Counted from the stretch's first letter, positions 6,236-15,645 are shown. The stretch is DNA of 20,000 bases from an uncultured virus (IMG/VR IMGVR_UViG_3300016486_001479) (IMGVR_UViG_3300016486_001479); one strand, 5' to 3'. Made by a program: numbers and translations. Notes: generated from the sequence alone by a model not told the origin.

Positions 6236-6454
6236 GGAAGTAAGCTTCTTTTTATAAATAGTTTGAAACCTTTTCTTTAATTCAGCGCATATCTAAATTA
6301 CTCACTGCGTTACTAATCTTGTGAGTAATCAGAGTGTTAATTATAATTAACCGACCCATACCTTAACTGTAAAGGTTCATCGTTAGTATTTCACAATCGG
6401 TCTACAAGGTAAAACTTTTCATGATTAATGATTATTTATAAGAAACATCATCTT

Positions 6455-7288
6455 ATGAAAAAAATCATATTATTTGTAGCATTTGCCCTTCTTGTGACCC
6501 AAGGTTGCCAGAAGGAAGTGTTTGAAGAAATACCTTTTTCTCAAGCAGAAAATAAGGAATATCAAATCACATTTGAGACTCCTGAAGAAATGGCTGTGTG
6601 GTTCAATGACAAACTTGATGAGGTAAGATTTGATGCCGAAATGTTTGAAGAAGCATTCGCTAGAAGTCGAAGACCTCTTTGTTATAATACTGAAGATTTG
6701 CTTAGTTTTATTTCTCAGTACAGAACAAGAGTTCCAGATTTCATTCCAGTATGGAATAATTATTTTCAAGACGTAAACTGTTTTGACTCACGGTGGGAAT
6801 TTTTCCTGTACGAAAGACAGCAGGACGGCACAGCTCCACCTCCTGCAGTTACTGAATTGGTAGATAATGTTGAATGGAATGTTTCAGGAGCCATAGTTAA
6901 TACAGATGGGGATTTACAGTTTGCCACTTATTTCATAACGGAGGGTGACACAATTCTTAACCCAAACTGTCCAGGGACATTTCAGCCACCATGCAATGGG
7001 GCACATGAAGTCGTTGTGACTGTTACAGTTGGAGGAGCGACCTACCAAAGGTCCAATATTAGCTTTGGCCGAGTAAACAACGTCCCTGCATCTATAGCCC
7101 CGCTATGCACTGAATTAACCGTTTCGGATATAACAGATTCTGGTCAGTTTGACCAGGATTGCCCCTGCCCTACTGTGTTTGATAGTTATGAATTCTTGTT
7201 GGATTCAGGTCTTGAATGGGATTTGGACAATGATGGAGTAGTAGAGCTTCTAGATTTGCTAATATTCTTTGAGAATTACGGCTGTTAA
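6455..7288 (+). CDS. Lipoprotein with C-terminal dockerin/EF-hand-like motif (start re-assigned to ATG 6455)
   Basis: Lipobox signal MKKIILFVAFALLVTQG|CQKE; C-terminal DLDNDGVVELLDLLIFFENYG; TATTTATA just upstream. Confidence 0.7.
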   Translation: MKKIILFVAFALLVTQGCQKEVFEEIPFSQAENKEYQITFETPEEMAVWFNDKLDEVRFDAEMFEEAFARSRRPLCYNTEDLLSFISQYRTRVPDFIPVWNNYFQDVNCFDSRWEFFLYERQQDGTAPPPAVTELVDNVEWNVSGAIVNTDGDLQFATYFITEGDTILNPNCPGTFQPPCNGAHEVVVTVTVGGATYQRSNISFGRVNNVPASIAPLCTELTVSDITDSGQFDQDCPCPTVFDSYEFLLDSGLEWDLDNDGVVELLDLLIFFENYGC

Positions 7289-7312
7289 ACACAATGGCTA
7301 CACAAGGTTAAG

Positions 7313-7335
7313 AACCCTCTTCGGAGGGTTTTTTT
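7313..7335 (+). terminator. Rho-independent terminator
   Basis: AACCCTC-TTCG-GAGGGTT followed by a T tract. Confidence 0.9.
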
Positions 7336-7398
7336 GTTTTACACAAATTATTTTTTAGTTTTTGAAACCAAAATAAAAATTCATCGTATATTAAAACG

Positions 7399-8046
7399 AT
7401 GAAATTCAACAACAGAGACAATGAAGTCGTAGAAGCAAAAGATGGACGCAAATTCTGGAACTCTAGAAGCTGTGCAGTAACGTCAATTGTGATAATGCGA
7501 GTAGGCAAGTGGTACCAGAGAAAGAAGTATTTCCTACTGACCACTCTAAGAGGTAAAGACACACCTGACTTTCAAGGTTATAGATGTTGCCCATGCGGGT
7601 ACTTAGATTGGGATGAGCCACTTCATTACGCAGCCGTTAGAGAGACAGAAGAAGAAACCACGTTCAACCCAATCGACGCTTGGTCATCCAAGACGTATCC
7701 ACTTGATTCTAATGATGATAATTCTAAAAGAGTCAAGATGGGGCTGATTTATGAGAAATATCGAAACGGGCAGCCATTCTATTTAAGTTCGGAGCCATCT
7801 GCGAACAAGCAGAATGTCACAGCTTGCTTCGGAGTGGTGTTTTCAATTCCTGACGAAGAAAGCTTACCGTTGATTAGCGGAGCAAATGTAAACAAGGCAG
7901 ATTTTGAAGAAGTAGCATCCGCAGAATGGACACCTTTTGAAGAGGTAAAGTCCAAAAAGCATAAGTTTGCCTTCAATCACGACAATAGAGCATTGAGTTT
8001 TTTCGATATCTACAAAGCCGCACAAAGTTGGCGGAAACCGTGGTAA
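7399..8046 (+). CDS. Nudix hydrolase (ADP-ribose pyrophosphatase-like)
   Basis: Nudix box GYLDWDEPLHYAAVRETEEETT; C-terminal FAFNH. Confidence 0.85.
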   Translation: MKFNNRDNEVVEAKDGRKFWNSRSCAVTSIVIMRVGKWYQRKKYFLLTTLRGKDTPDFQGYRCCPCGYLDWDEPLHYAAVRETEEETTFNPIDAWSSKTYPLDSNDDNSKRVKMGLIYEKYRNGQPFYLSSEPSANKQNVTACFGVVFSIPDEESLPLISGANVNKADFEEVASAEWTPFEEVKSKKHKFAFNHDNRALSFFDIYKAAQSWRKPW

Positions 8047-8095
8047 AAGAGTTTAAATTATTGTAGCTAACGGATAAATACAAACAAAACTTAAC

Positions 8096-8290
8096 ATGGA
8101 AGAAATAACAATTTACAAATATCAATTAGAAAAGATAAAAGAAGCGTTGAGATTAACAAAGAACATTTATGTAAACAATAAAGATGGCGAAGAAACTTGC
8201 TATGATAGACAAGTGAAATTAGCAGCTTTATATGCTGAGAATGCTTTAAACAACGATAAGGATAAGAAAGTTGATTATATGGGTAATTAG
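8096..8290 (+). CDS. Hypothetical 64-aa phage protein
   Basis: AT-rich ORF with A-rich leader. Confidence 0.65.
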   Translation: MEEITIYKYQLEKIKEALRLTKNIYVNNKDGEETCYDRQVKLAALYAENALNNDKDKKVDYMGN

Positions 8291-8404
8291 CAGTTATTGC
8301 TTACAACGATTTCAACGTAGACTGGGATTCAAAGATTCGATAACTCTAAATCTTACAGCGCAAAAATGATGTATTTTTCACCAAAACAAGTTCAAACATA
8401 AATT

Positions 8405-10552
8405 ATGAGACGAGTACTAATGTTTCTGTTGTTAACAGCAAGTTTTCCTTTGTTTTCACAAACAGACACGACTATTCAAAAAATCGAAATAGCGACTGTG
8501 ACTGCGTATCGCGCAGACCTCAGAGCACCTGTGACATTTAAGAACATCGATAAACAAGAAATCGATAAGGTGAATATGGGTCAAGAGCCGACGGCAATAT
8601 TAAATTACACACCGTCTGTTACAGCTACATCAGACGGAGGAAACTTCTTTGGGTACTCCAGTTTTAGAATTAGAGGAATTGACCAAACCAGAGTCAATGT
8701 GACGCTAGATGGCATCCCTTTAAACGAGCCAGAAGACCAAGGGCTCTATTTCAACAATTATCCAGACTTTTTTAACTCTGTGAGTTCAATTCAAATTCAA
8801 AGAGGCGTTGGAACGTCATCAAACGGAGTGTCTGCATTTGGCGGAAGCATTAACATGACGTCCGCTGACATTTTCGCCCCAAAAAGCCTAGGAGGCGGAT
8901 TTGGGTACGGCTCATTTGGAACTGGTCGGATATATGCGGAATACAACACTGGAAAGAGTGAAAAGGGTTACGGAGCCTATGTTAGAGTTTCCAGCATTGC
9001 AACCGATGGCTTCGTTGATAACGCAAGTCACTTTGGGAAGTCTGCATTTTACGGCGTCGGAAGACAATGGGGTGACAACACGCTGAAGCTGGTTGGATTT
9101 ATTGGAAATCAAGAGAATGGAATGGCCTGGTTGGGTGCGACTCAAGAAATGCTTAACGAATCCCCAACAACCAACGGAAACACTATAGATGAAGACGACA
9201 ACTTCACAAACAGCCTAACATCACTTCAGTACACAAAGTTGACTGGAAACACTAGAGTGAATGCCACAGCTTATTATAGTTACCTAAACGGGAACTATGA
9301 CATCAACCTACGTAACTTTGGAATAGAAGCTTCTCAGAACATTGCATTGCTTCATCATTATTACGGAGGACTTGTTAATGTCACACACTACCTAGACAAG
9401 TTCCAAGTAACATATGGTGTGCATGGAAACCAATTTGACAGACGTCACACAGGTTCTTCCGATATTCCAAACGCAGAAGCGGAAACTGATTCTGATACTC
9501 CAGAATCGGAAATTGATTCTGGTACTCCAGAAACAGAAATTGATTCTAACATTCCAGAATCGGAAATTGATTCTGGTACTCCAGAAACAGAAATTGATTC
9601 TAACATTCTGCCACCTCCATTTAGAAATTATGTGAATACTGGAAACAGACAGACGTTTAGTGGATTTGCGAAAGCAAGCTATGAAATAGGGAAGCTTCGT
9701 CTTTATGGGGACATTCAACAAAGACTAACGAGTTTCACTTATGAAGGAAATCAAGAAATGCCTACACAAGACTGGGCTTTCTTAAACTATCGTGGTGGAG
9801 CAAACTACGAAATAAACAAAAGATACAGCGTTTACTACAGTTACGGCAAAACATCCCGTGAACCAACTAGAAATGATTTGTTTATGGGGAATGATAATTT
9901 AGATTTATCTCTTTACAACGGTGGGATATTTCAAGAAATAACACCAGAAACCGTGCAGGACCATGAGTTGGGGATTAAATTTAACTCAGGTAAATTAGAC
10001 TTTCAAATCAACGGCTACTTTATGGGCTTCGAAAACGAAATCACCCTCTTAGGCGCTATTGGTCCAAACGGATTACAGCTTAGCGGAAACGTAGACAACT
10101 CCTACCGTTCTGGGGTGGAGCTAGACCTAGGCTATAAAGCAACAGAGAGACTAAAATTTACAGCACAACTGACACAGTCTCAAAACAGAATTACTCAAGA
10201 CGATGTGGAGTTCAATCACGTATTGACCCCGAACACCATAGCAAACGCAAGTGTGGAGTACGACATAAAAGACTTCACGTTGGGTATGAGTACAAAATAC
10301 CAAGGAGAAGCGTATTTAGACCTGGCCAACACAGAGCAGATTGATGGGTTTAGTTTATTGAATTTAAGAGCGACTTACCACGCGGAGAGTACAATAGACT
10401 TTTCTTTATTTTTGAACAACGTCACCAATCAAGTTTATAACGCCAGTGGATACACGGTTGATTATGGAGACGGTGGTGTATCCGCTGATGAAGTGAGGTA
10501 TTTTAGGCAAGCAGGATTCAACGCATTTGTGAGCATATCAGTCAAGATTTGA
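8405..10552 (+). CDS. TonB-dependent outer-membrane receptor (vitamin/nicotinamide-riboside uptake type)
   Basis: Signal peptide, plug motifs IRGIDQTRVNVTLDGIPLN and IQIQRGVGTSSNG..GGSIN, beta-barrel ending NNVTNQVY...ISVKI; coupled to pnuC. Confidence 0.92.
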   Translation: MRRVLMFLLLTASFPLFSQTDTTIQKIEIATVTAYRADLRAPVTFKNIDKQEIDKVNMGQEPTAILNYTPSVTATSDGGNFFGYSSFRIRGIDQTRVNVTLDGIPLNEPEDQGLYFNNYPDFFNSVSSIQIQRGVGTSSNGVSAFGGSINMTSADIFAPKSLGGGFGYGSFGTGRIYAEYNTGKSEKGYGAYVRVSSIATDGFVDNASHFGKSAFYGVGRQWGDNTLKLVGFIGNQENGMAWLGATQEMLNESPTTNGNTIDEDDNFTNSLTSLQYTKLTGNTRVNATAYYSYLNGNYDINLRNFGIEASQNIALLHHYYGGLVNVTHYLDKFQVTYGVHGNQFDRRHTGSSDIPNAEAETDSDTPESEIDSGTPETEIDSNIPESEIDSGTPETEIDSNILPPPFRNYVNTGNRQTFSGFAKASYEIGKLRLYGDIQQRLTSFTYEGNQEMPTQDWAFLNYRGGANYEINKRYSVYYSYGKTSREPTRNDLFMGNDNLDLSLYNGGIFQEITPETVQDHELGIKFNSGKLDFQINGYFMGFENEITLLGAIGPNGLQLSGNVDNSYRSGVELDLGYKATERLKFTAQLTQSQNRITQDDVEFNHVLTPNTIANASVEYDIKDFTLGMSTKYQGEAYLDLANTEQIDGFSLLNLRATYHAESTIDFSLFLNNVTNQVYNASGYTVDYGDGGVSADEVRYFRQAGFNAFVSISVKI
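9482..9609 (+). repeat. 27-bp (9-aa) tandem repeat, ~5 copies, within the TonB receptor
   Basis: ETDSDTPES EIDSGTPET EIDSNIPES EIDSGTPET EIDSNIL. Confidence 0.9.
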
Positions 10553-11193
10553 AAGAATTATTTGACATAGAAAATGTGCTTATTGACTTCGGACTCTATC
10601 AACTGAGCTACCTAGAGACCATCGGGACCATCTTCGGACTGGTTTGCGTGTGGCTCGCAGCAAAAGGAAATAGGCACACTTGGACCACTGGCATAGTGTC
10701 AGCTAGTGCGTTTTTTTATCTGTTCTATCAGATAGCTCTTTACTCAGATATGTTTCTGCAGGGCTTCTTCTCCATTACCAGCATATTTGGCTGGTTTATG
10801 TGGAAGCATAAAAAGCATGAAACCCCAATAACCACAGTTAATTTAAAGCATCGATTATTTTTTATGATGCTTATTGTGGTCGCTAGTGTGATATTGGCGA
10901 AACAAATTCAGACTATTCACGTATATTATAGTAGCTGGTTTCCAGAGCCAGCTGCATTCCCTGTAGCTGACGCATTCACAACAGTGTTAAGTGTGGCAGC
11001 TACTTTCTTGTTAATGAATAAGAAACTGGAAGCATGGATTCTCTGGATTATAGTTGACATAATTTCCATCTGGATTTATTTCCAAAAAAGAGTTTGGCTA
11101 GTAGGGGTTGAGTATTGCATATTCTTGTGCATAGCTACTTACGGCGGATACAGATGGTTTAAAATACTGCAAAATGATAAAAGAGATACTTGA
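10549..11193 (+). CDS. pnuC: Nicotinamide riboside transporter PnuC
   Basis: Multi-TM; LETIGTIFGLVCVWL, LYSDMFLQ, DAFTTVLSVAATFLL..KKLEAWILWIIVD. Confidence 0.9.
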   Translation: MKELFDIENVLIDFGLYQLSYLETIGTIFGLVCVWLAAKGNRHTWTTGIVSASAFFYLFYQIALYSDMFLQGFFSITSIFGWFMWKHKKHETPITTVNLKHRLFFMMLIVVASVILAKQIQTIHVYYSSWFPEPAAFPVADAFTTVLSVAATFLLMNKKLEAWILWIIVDIISIWIYFQKRVWLVGVEYCIFLCIATYGGYRWFKILQNDKRDT

Positions 11194-12592
11194 CCAGATT
11201 GCTCAAGAGCCAGGAGACAACGCCAAAGTTGACATCCTGACTTCACACCAAGAAAACACCTTGCTTCAAGAGGTTCTTTATAACGCTCTTTCAAAGCGAG
11301 TTAAGTTTTACATCAAACAGATTCCAAGTTATTCCAGCAATGGAAAAAACATGGGAGTCTCGTGGGGGTTAGAGCAGCTCAAAGAGTTATCCAGGAAAGG
11401 CGGTATAAGAGGCTCTGTGGCAGTTTCACACCTAGCTTATATATTGGCTTCGCTTAGTGATGATGATGCGTATGTCATCGAAAGGATAATTGATAAGCGC
11501 CCAAAGATTGATATGGGTCGAACTCAAATTAACAAAGTGTTCAAAGACCTTATTGAGAAGACTCCTTATATGGGAGCTAAGTCATATGCTGAAAACCTTG
11601 TTAGAGCCATCTTGAAATCAGGCAGAGCAATCAGTCAAATCAAAATGGATGGCCGTTACGCCAATGCTATCATTCGTGGTGGTGAGATTGAACTTGAGTC
11701 TCGTGCTGGAGAACCAACTGTATTAACTGGCGCAGCATTTCTGGAAGAACTTCGAGTCCTGACAGATGAATATGTCCTCAACGGCGAGTTGACTGTGAGA
11801 GGTGTCCCTGCTAGGTCAATAGCCAATGGAATTGTTGCCTCGCTAATAGACATTCAGAAAAAGCGAGAAGACCGTGGCCCCGCAGAAACTTTAAAGAAAG
11901 AGCAAGCATTCTTGAAGAAGCACGCAACCGATTTTGGAACTCCTGATATGAGTTTTCAAAATGCGCTTGATGCAATTGTGTATACGTGTTGGGACATGAT
12001 TACTGTAGATGAATACTACGACAAAAAGTCAACTAGACCATACGAAGAACGTCTTGCTCAATTAGAGGCGATTATTAAAGAAAAGCAGCCAACACGAATT
12101 GACCTGATTGAGTCTCGAATCGTAACGACGTTCAGAGAAGCGATGGAACACTTTCAGGAAGCTCTGGCGTTAGATTTGGAAGGAACAATCGTGAAAGACC
12201 TGGAAGGAGCCTGGAAGGACGGAAAGCCGAATTGGCAAGTGAAAATGAAGCTTGACATGAACATCGACCTAAAAACTGTTCGATATCTATACGGTAATGA
12301 AGGAACGAAAAACGAGAATGTCATCTCAAGAATTGAACTCGCGAGCTCGTGTGGGCTTTTAAAGACAACGTCGTCCAACATGGATGAAGATATGATGACA
12401 TATGTCACTGAAAACCAGGAGGAGCTTAAAGATGCTATTTGGGAAGTGAACTGTAAAGGCTTGAGTCAAAACTCAAAAGGAGAGTGGTCTCTTGCGCATC
12501 CATCTATTGTTAAGGAGCGTGATGATAAAACCACATTTAACTCCCTAGAGGAGGCTAAAGAAATCGAAGAGGCAGCAAAGAGCATTGTATGA
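11174..12592 (+). CDS. ATP-dependent DNA ligase (T4 gp30-like)
   Basis: Motif I KMDGRY, III LNGEL, IIIa YTCWD, IV EGTIVK, V KMK; N-terminal DNA-binding domain. Confidence 0.9.
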   Translation: MIKEILDQIAQEPGDNAKVDILTSHQENTLLQEVLYNALSKRVKFYIKQIPSYSSNGKNMGVSWGLEQLKELSRKGGIRGSVAVSHLAYILASLSDDDAYVIERIIDKRPKIDMGRTQINKVFKDLIEKTPYMGAKSYAENLVRAILKSGRAISQIKMDGRYANAIIRGGEIELESRAGEPTVLTGAAFLEELRVLTDEYVLNGELTVRGVPARSIANGIVASLIDIQKKREDRGPAETLKKEQAFLKKHATDFGTPDMSFQNALDAIVYTCWDMITVDEYYDKKSTRPYEERLAQLEAIIKEKQPTRIDLIESRIVTTFREAMEHFQEALALDLEGTIVKDLEGAWKDGKPNWQVKMKLDMNIDLKTVRYLYGNEGTKNENVISRIELASSCGLLKTTSSNMDEDMMTYVTENQEELKDAIWEVNCKGLSQNSKGEWSLAHPSIVKERDDKTTFNSLEEAKEIEEAAKSIV

Positions 12593-12770
12593 TTACAATC
12601 CTATGAGTTGCAAACGATTAAGATAGGTTTTTGTACATATTTATATGATTTAGCGCAAAACTCACTCATTACTTTTGCGTGGGTGAGGTGTAAGCTTTTT
12701 TTTTGTATATTTAAAAATAAGTTCTACATAAAGTGATGAAATATCACGTAAAAACACAAAGTTAACGATT

Positions 12771-13178
12771 ATGAACAAACATATTCTATTAAAAGAAGGC
12801 TTAACTATGCATAACGTTAAGCTTGACACAAAGCAGGCAGCTCGTCCACCAGCTCCACCAGCTCCGCCATCTCGTCCACCAGCTCCGCCATCTCGTCCTC
12901 CAGCTCGTCCTCCAGCTCGTCCTCCAGCTCGTCCTCCATCTCGTCCTCCATCTCGTCCTCCATCTCGTCCACCAGCTCCTCCAGCTCGTCCTCCATCTCG
13001 TCCACCAGCTCCTCCATCTCGTCCTCCATCTCGTCCACCAGCTCCTCCAGCTCGTCCTCCATCTCGTCCACCAGCTCCTCCAGCTCGTCCTCCATCTCGT
13101 CCACCAGCTCCTCCAGCTCGTCCTCCATCTCGNNNNNNNNNNNNNNNNNNNNNNNNNATTTGTTATACTAACATATAA
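12771..13178 (+). CDS. Possible Pro-rich low-complexity protein (length unreliable)
   Basis: ATG with A-rich leader and promoter-like TATATTT upstream; spans the gap. Confidence 0.35.
   Translation: MNKHILLKEGLTMHNVKLDTKQAARPPAPPAPPSRPPAPPSRPPARPPARPPARPPSRPPSRPPSRPPAPPARPPSRPPAPPSRPPSRPPAPPARPPSRPPAPPARPPSRPPAPPARPPSXXXXXXXXXICYTNI
12838..13132. repeat. Low-complexity 9-nt-based tandem repeat (CCAGCTCGT/CCATCTCGT/CCT) running into an N gap
   Basis: Open in several frames (Pro-rich on +, E/D-rich on -); gap at 13133-13157. Confidence 0.9.
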
Positions 13179-13248
13179 TTGGAAATAAAATTTAATGCTG
13201 CGTGAAACTTTGTTATTTATTTTTCGTATTTTTCAAAAAGAACATTAT

Positions 13249-14265
13249 ATGAAAAAGTATAAGCGAGGATTAATACTAGGTAAGTTCATGCCAATCACAA
13301 AAGGCCATGAAGCACTTATAGATTACGGCCTTAAGCTTTGTGAGGAAATTATATTGTTGATTTGCACGACTCCGAATGAACCAATCCCAGGCGAGCTTCG
13401 CTATGAATGGGTGCGCCAGATTTATCGAGATAAGCCAGTCATTCCTCTTCATCTTGTATTCGATGAAAGAGACTTGGCCTCAACAAGCGTCCCAGCAAAA
13501 GACATCTCCAAACAGTGGGCAGAACATATTAAATGGTTTATTCCTGAGGTGGACGTTTTTATCTCTTCAGAAAAGTATGGAGAAATGGTTGCGGGGTATA
13601 TGGGGGTGGAGAATGAGTATTTCGACTTAAAAAGGGTGACGGTGGACATATCTGCGACTGAAATACGACAGAATCCATATCTGCACTGGGAAATGCTTTC
13701 TCAACCAATTCAAGACTATTTCTTTAAGAAAGTCATACTGGTGGGAACGGAGTCCACTGGAAAAACAGAGCTAGCTAAACGATTATCTAAGACTTTCAAT
13801 TCAGATTGGGTTCATGAGGTCGGTAGAGACATTGTGCCAGACGCAAGTGCTTGTACAAAAAAAGATTTAATGCGTATAGCTAAGGAGCACGCAAAGAACA
13901 TTATAATTGCGGAACAGAAACGAAATAGAATTCTATTCATTGATACAGATATCAATATCACCAGGTCATACTTTGCGTATATCTTTAAAGAAGACATGCG
14001 AGTGGACGAGTGGATGAAAACAGCTAATAAAGGAGATTTATACCTTTACCTGGAAGCGGACGCTGAATATGTCCAAGATGGAACGAGGCTACCTAAAAGA
14101 GAGCGACTCATACTCGACAAGAGCCACAAGGAGCAGTTAGCATCCCAGGGGATTCAATATTTTAGTGTATTCGGTAAGGATTGGAAAGAAAGAGAAGAAA
14201 TGGCGATGGATATCATCTGCCGACAAATACTACTCCCGAACACAATCAACAAATTAGATAATTGA
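13249..14265 (+). CDS. nadR: Bifunctional NMN adenylyltransferase / ribosylnicotinamide kinase NadR (no HTH; start re-assigned to ATG 13249)
   Basis: GKFMPITKGH (HxGH-type), SSEKYG, ISATEIR, P-loop GTESTGKT, FIDTD, YVQDGTR. Confidence 0.92.
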   Translation: MKKYKRGLILGKFMPITKGHEALIDYGLKLCEEIILLICTTPNEPIPGELRYEWVRQIYRDKPVIPLHLVFDERDLASTSVPAKDISKQWAEHIKWFIPEVDVFISSEKYGEMVAGYMGVENEYFDLKRVTVDISATEIRQNPYLHWEMLSQPIQDYFFKKVILVGTESTGKTELAKRLSKTFNSDWVHEVGRDIVPDASACTKKDLMRIAKEHAKNIIIAEQKRNRILFIDTDINITRSYFAYIFKEDMRVDEWMKTANKGDLYLYLEADAEYVQDGTRLPKRERLILDKSHKEQLASQGIQYFSVFGKDWKEREEMAMDIICRQILLPNTINKLDN

Positions 14266-14266
14266 T

Positions 14267-14449
14267 ATAGCCCACGCTAAGCTTCATATTATATGCGGGA
14301 ACTGTGGATGTAATAACATGCTCTCCTATGAGATTGTAAATGACTACAACGACGATAATGAGTGTGAGTATCAAAGAGTATCTATATCTTGTGGTAATTG
14401 TGGCACACTGCACTGCTTAGAGGATAATGCAGATGAACGTAAAAAATGA
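14267..14449 (+). CDS. Small zinc-ribbon protein missed by the ORF track (ATA at the start position)
   Basis: AHAKLHIICGNCGC...SCGNCGTLH: two CxxC pairs, immediately after the nadR stop. Confidence 0.6.
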   Translation: MAHAKLHIICGNCGCNNMLSYEIVNDYNDDNECEYQRVSISCGNCGTLHCLEDNADERKK

Positions 14450-14453
14450 TAGA

Positions 14454-15011
14454 TTAAAAAGCCTGCGGATACGCTTGTCTAAGTTTTCCGTAGTCAATCA
14501 TTCTATTCACTTGAGGTGCATGCTCCAGGTCTGAGCCACTGCTCCACAACTCTTCTGCCATAGCAGGAGTTAGGTGGTACACAAATCCTTCACCAGCTGC
14601 ATACTCTTCAGGAGTGCTGGCTTTACCTTGCTCGATGTGGTCCTCAGCTGCATTCATAATTTGGCTTTGGTCCAACTCAGTGCTTTCGTAATCATAACTG
14701 TCGTATTGACCATCTTCATCTCCCTGGGATTCAGGCGATGCTTCTCCGTACTCAGCGGTTAGACTGCTTTGCAGTTCAGGGTTTATTTTTATGTTCTGCA
14801 CAGAGATGACATAGAATCTACCAGATGACTTCACGAGGAATTCACTTTCAGAGTCTCCAGCTACAAAATTTAAACTATTGCTTATCTTTTTTGAGGACGA
14901 AACAAAAGAGTCTTCTTGGTTCCAAGGAGCATCAGGATTATCTGATGCCCCTGCAGGATAGTTCTCTTCAAGTTTTCTTCTAACAATGGAACGTAGGTCT
15001 TTATGGCTCAT
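14454..15011 (-). CDS. Hypothetical acidic late protein (start re-assigned to ATG 15011)
   Basis: MSHKDLRSIVRRKLEENYPAGA; GCTATTTATTGAAAAGCA directly upstream. Confidence 0.75.
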   Translation of the reverse strand: MSHKDLRSIVRRKLEENYPAGASDNPDAPWNQEDSFVSSSKKISNSLNFVAGDSESEFLVKSSGRFYVISVQNIKINPELQSSLTAEYGEASPESQGDEDGQYDSYDYESTELDQSQIMNAAEDHIEQGKASTPEEYAAGEGFVYHLTPAMAEELWSSGSDLEHAPQVNRMIDYGKLRQAYPQAF

Positions 15012-15067
15012 GTTGATGCTTTTCAATAAATAGCGAAACTTTTGTCTCTATATTTTTTCTTTATATT

Positions 15068-15439
15068 TTAAGAATTTTGCTCTTTCCACTTGTCAAGAGC
15101 CTTGTAGTCGAATTTGTTTTTTTCATTATCATATCCACACTTATGACAAAGCAAAGGATTCTTGTCTTCCTTTTCTCTGTCCCAATGCCATTCGCAATTT
15201 TCACAGTTTATGTGTGAATCTGTAGCTTTCCCTTCTTCCACATTCTTTGGAATTCTAAACCTAAGAAAGGGTTTGTCATTTATTGTGATATCGCCCTTGT
15301 CATTAGTTGATATTTTTTTAACCTCGATTTTTTTATTCTTAAATTTGCCTCCAAGAATTTTATCGCCTATCTTTATAGATATGGTAGTGTCGTCAAAAAT
15401 TACCTTGAGCTCTTCTCGTATTATTTTCCTTATGTTCAT
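15068..15439 (-). CDS. Hypothetical protein with C-terminal CxxC...CxxC zinc finger (start ATG 15439)
   Basis: MNIRKIIREELK; CENCEWHW..LCHKCGYDN; CTATTTATT upstream. Confidence 0.75.
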   Translation of the reverse strand: MNIRKIIREELKVIFDDTTISIKIGDKILGGKFKNKKIEVKKISTNDKGDITINDKPFLRFRIPKNVEEGKATDSHINCENCEWHWDREKEDKNPLLCHKCGYDNEKNKFDYKALDKWKEQNS

Positions 15440-15512
15440 CTTTAATAAATAGATAAACATTTTTCCTAGAGCTTTATATTAAAGGCGAAATTAACAATAA
15501 TAACAAGACAAT

Positions 15513-15641
15513 ATGGGGATGTATATGAATGTGACTGTCGGAATATATTTAAAATTTCCAAAAGTCGCTAAAGACGCGATAGATGTTGCTTGGAAGAGCA
15601 TGGTGACTGGAAGAGAATTCTATGATGCCAAAAATAGTTGA
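15513..15641 (+). CDS. Short ORF or gene remnant (42 aa)
   Basis: MGMYMNVTVGIYLKFPK... with A-rich leader. Confidence 0.4.
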   Translation: MGMYMNVTVGIYLKFPKVAKDAIDVAWKSMVTGREFYDAKNS

Positions 15642-15645
15642 GTAG

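Noticed and set aside
8291..8404. TPP or NAD riboswitch, or NrtR operator, upstream of the TonB receptor
   Set aside because: No CTGAGA/TPP core or convincing palindrome visible
12817..13128. Acidic [11 protein letters not shown] protein on the minus strand
   Set aside because: Opposes the local gene direction, starts at a gap and arises automatically from the repeat; not supportable
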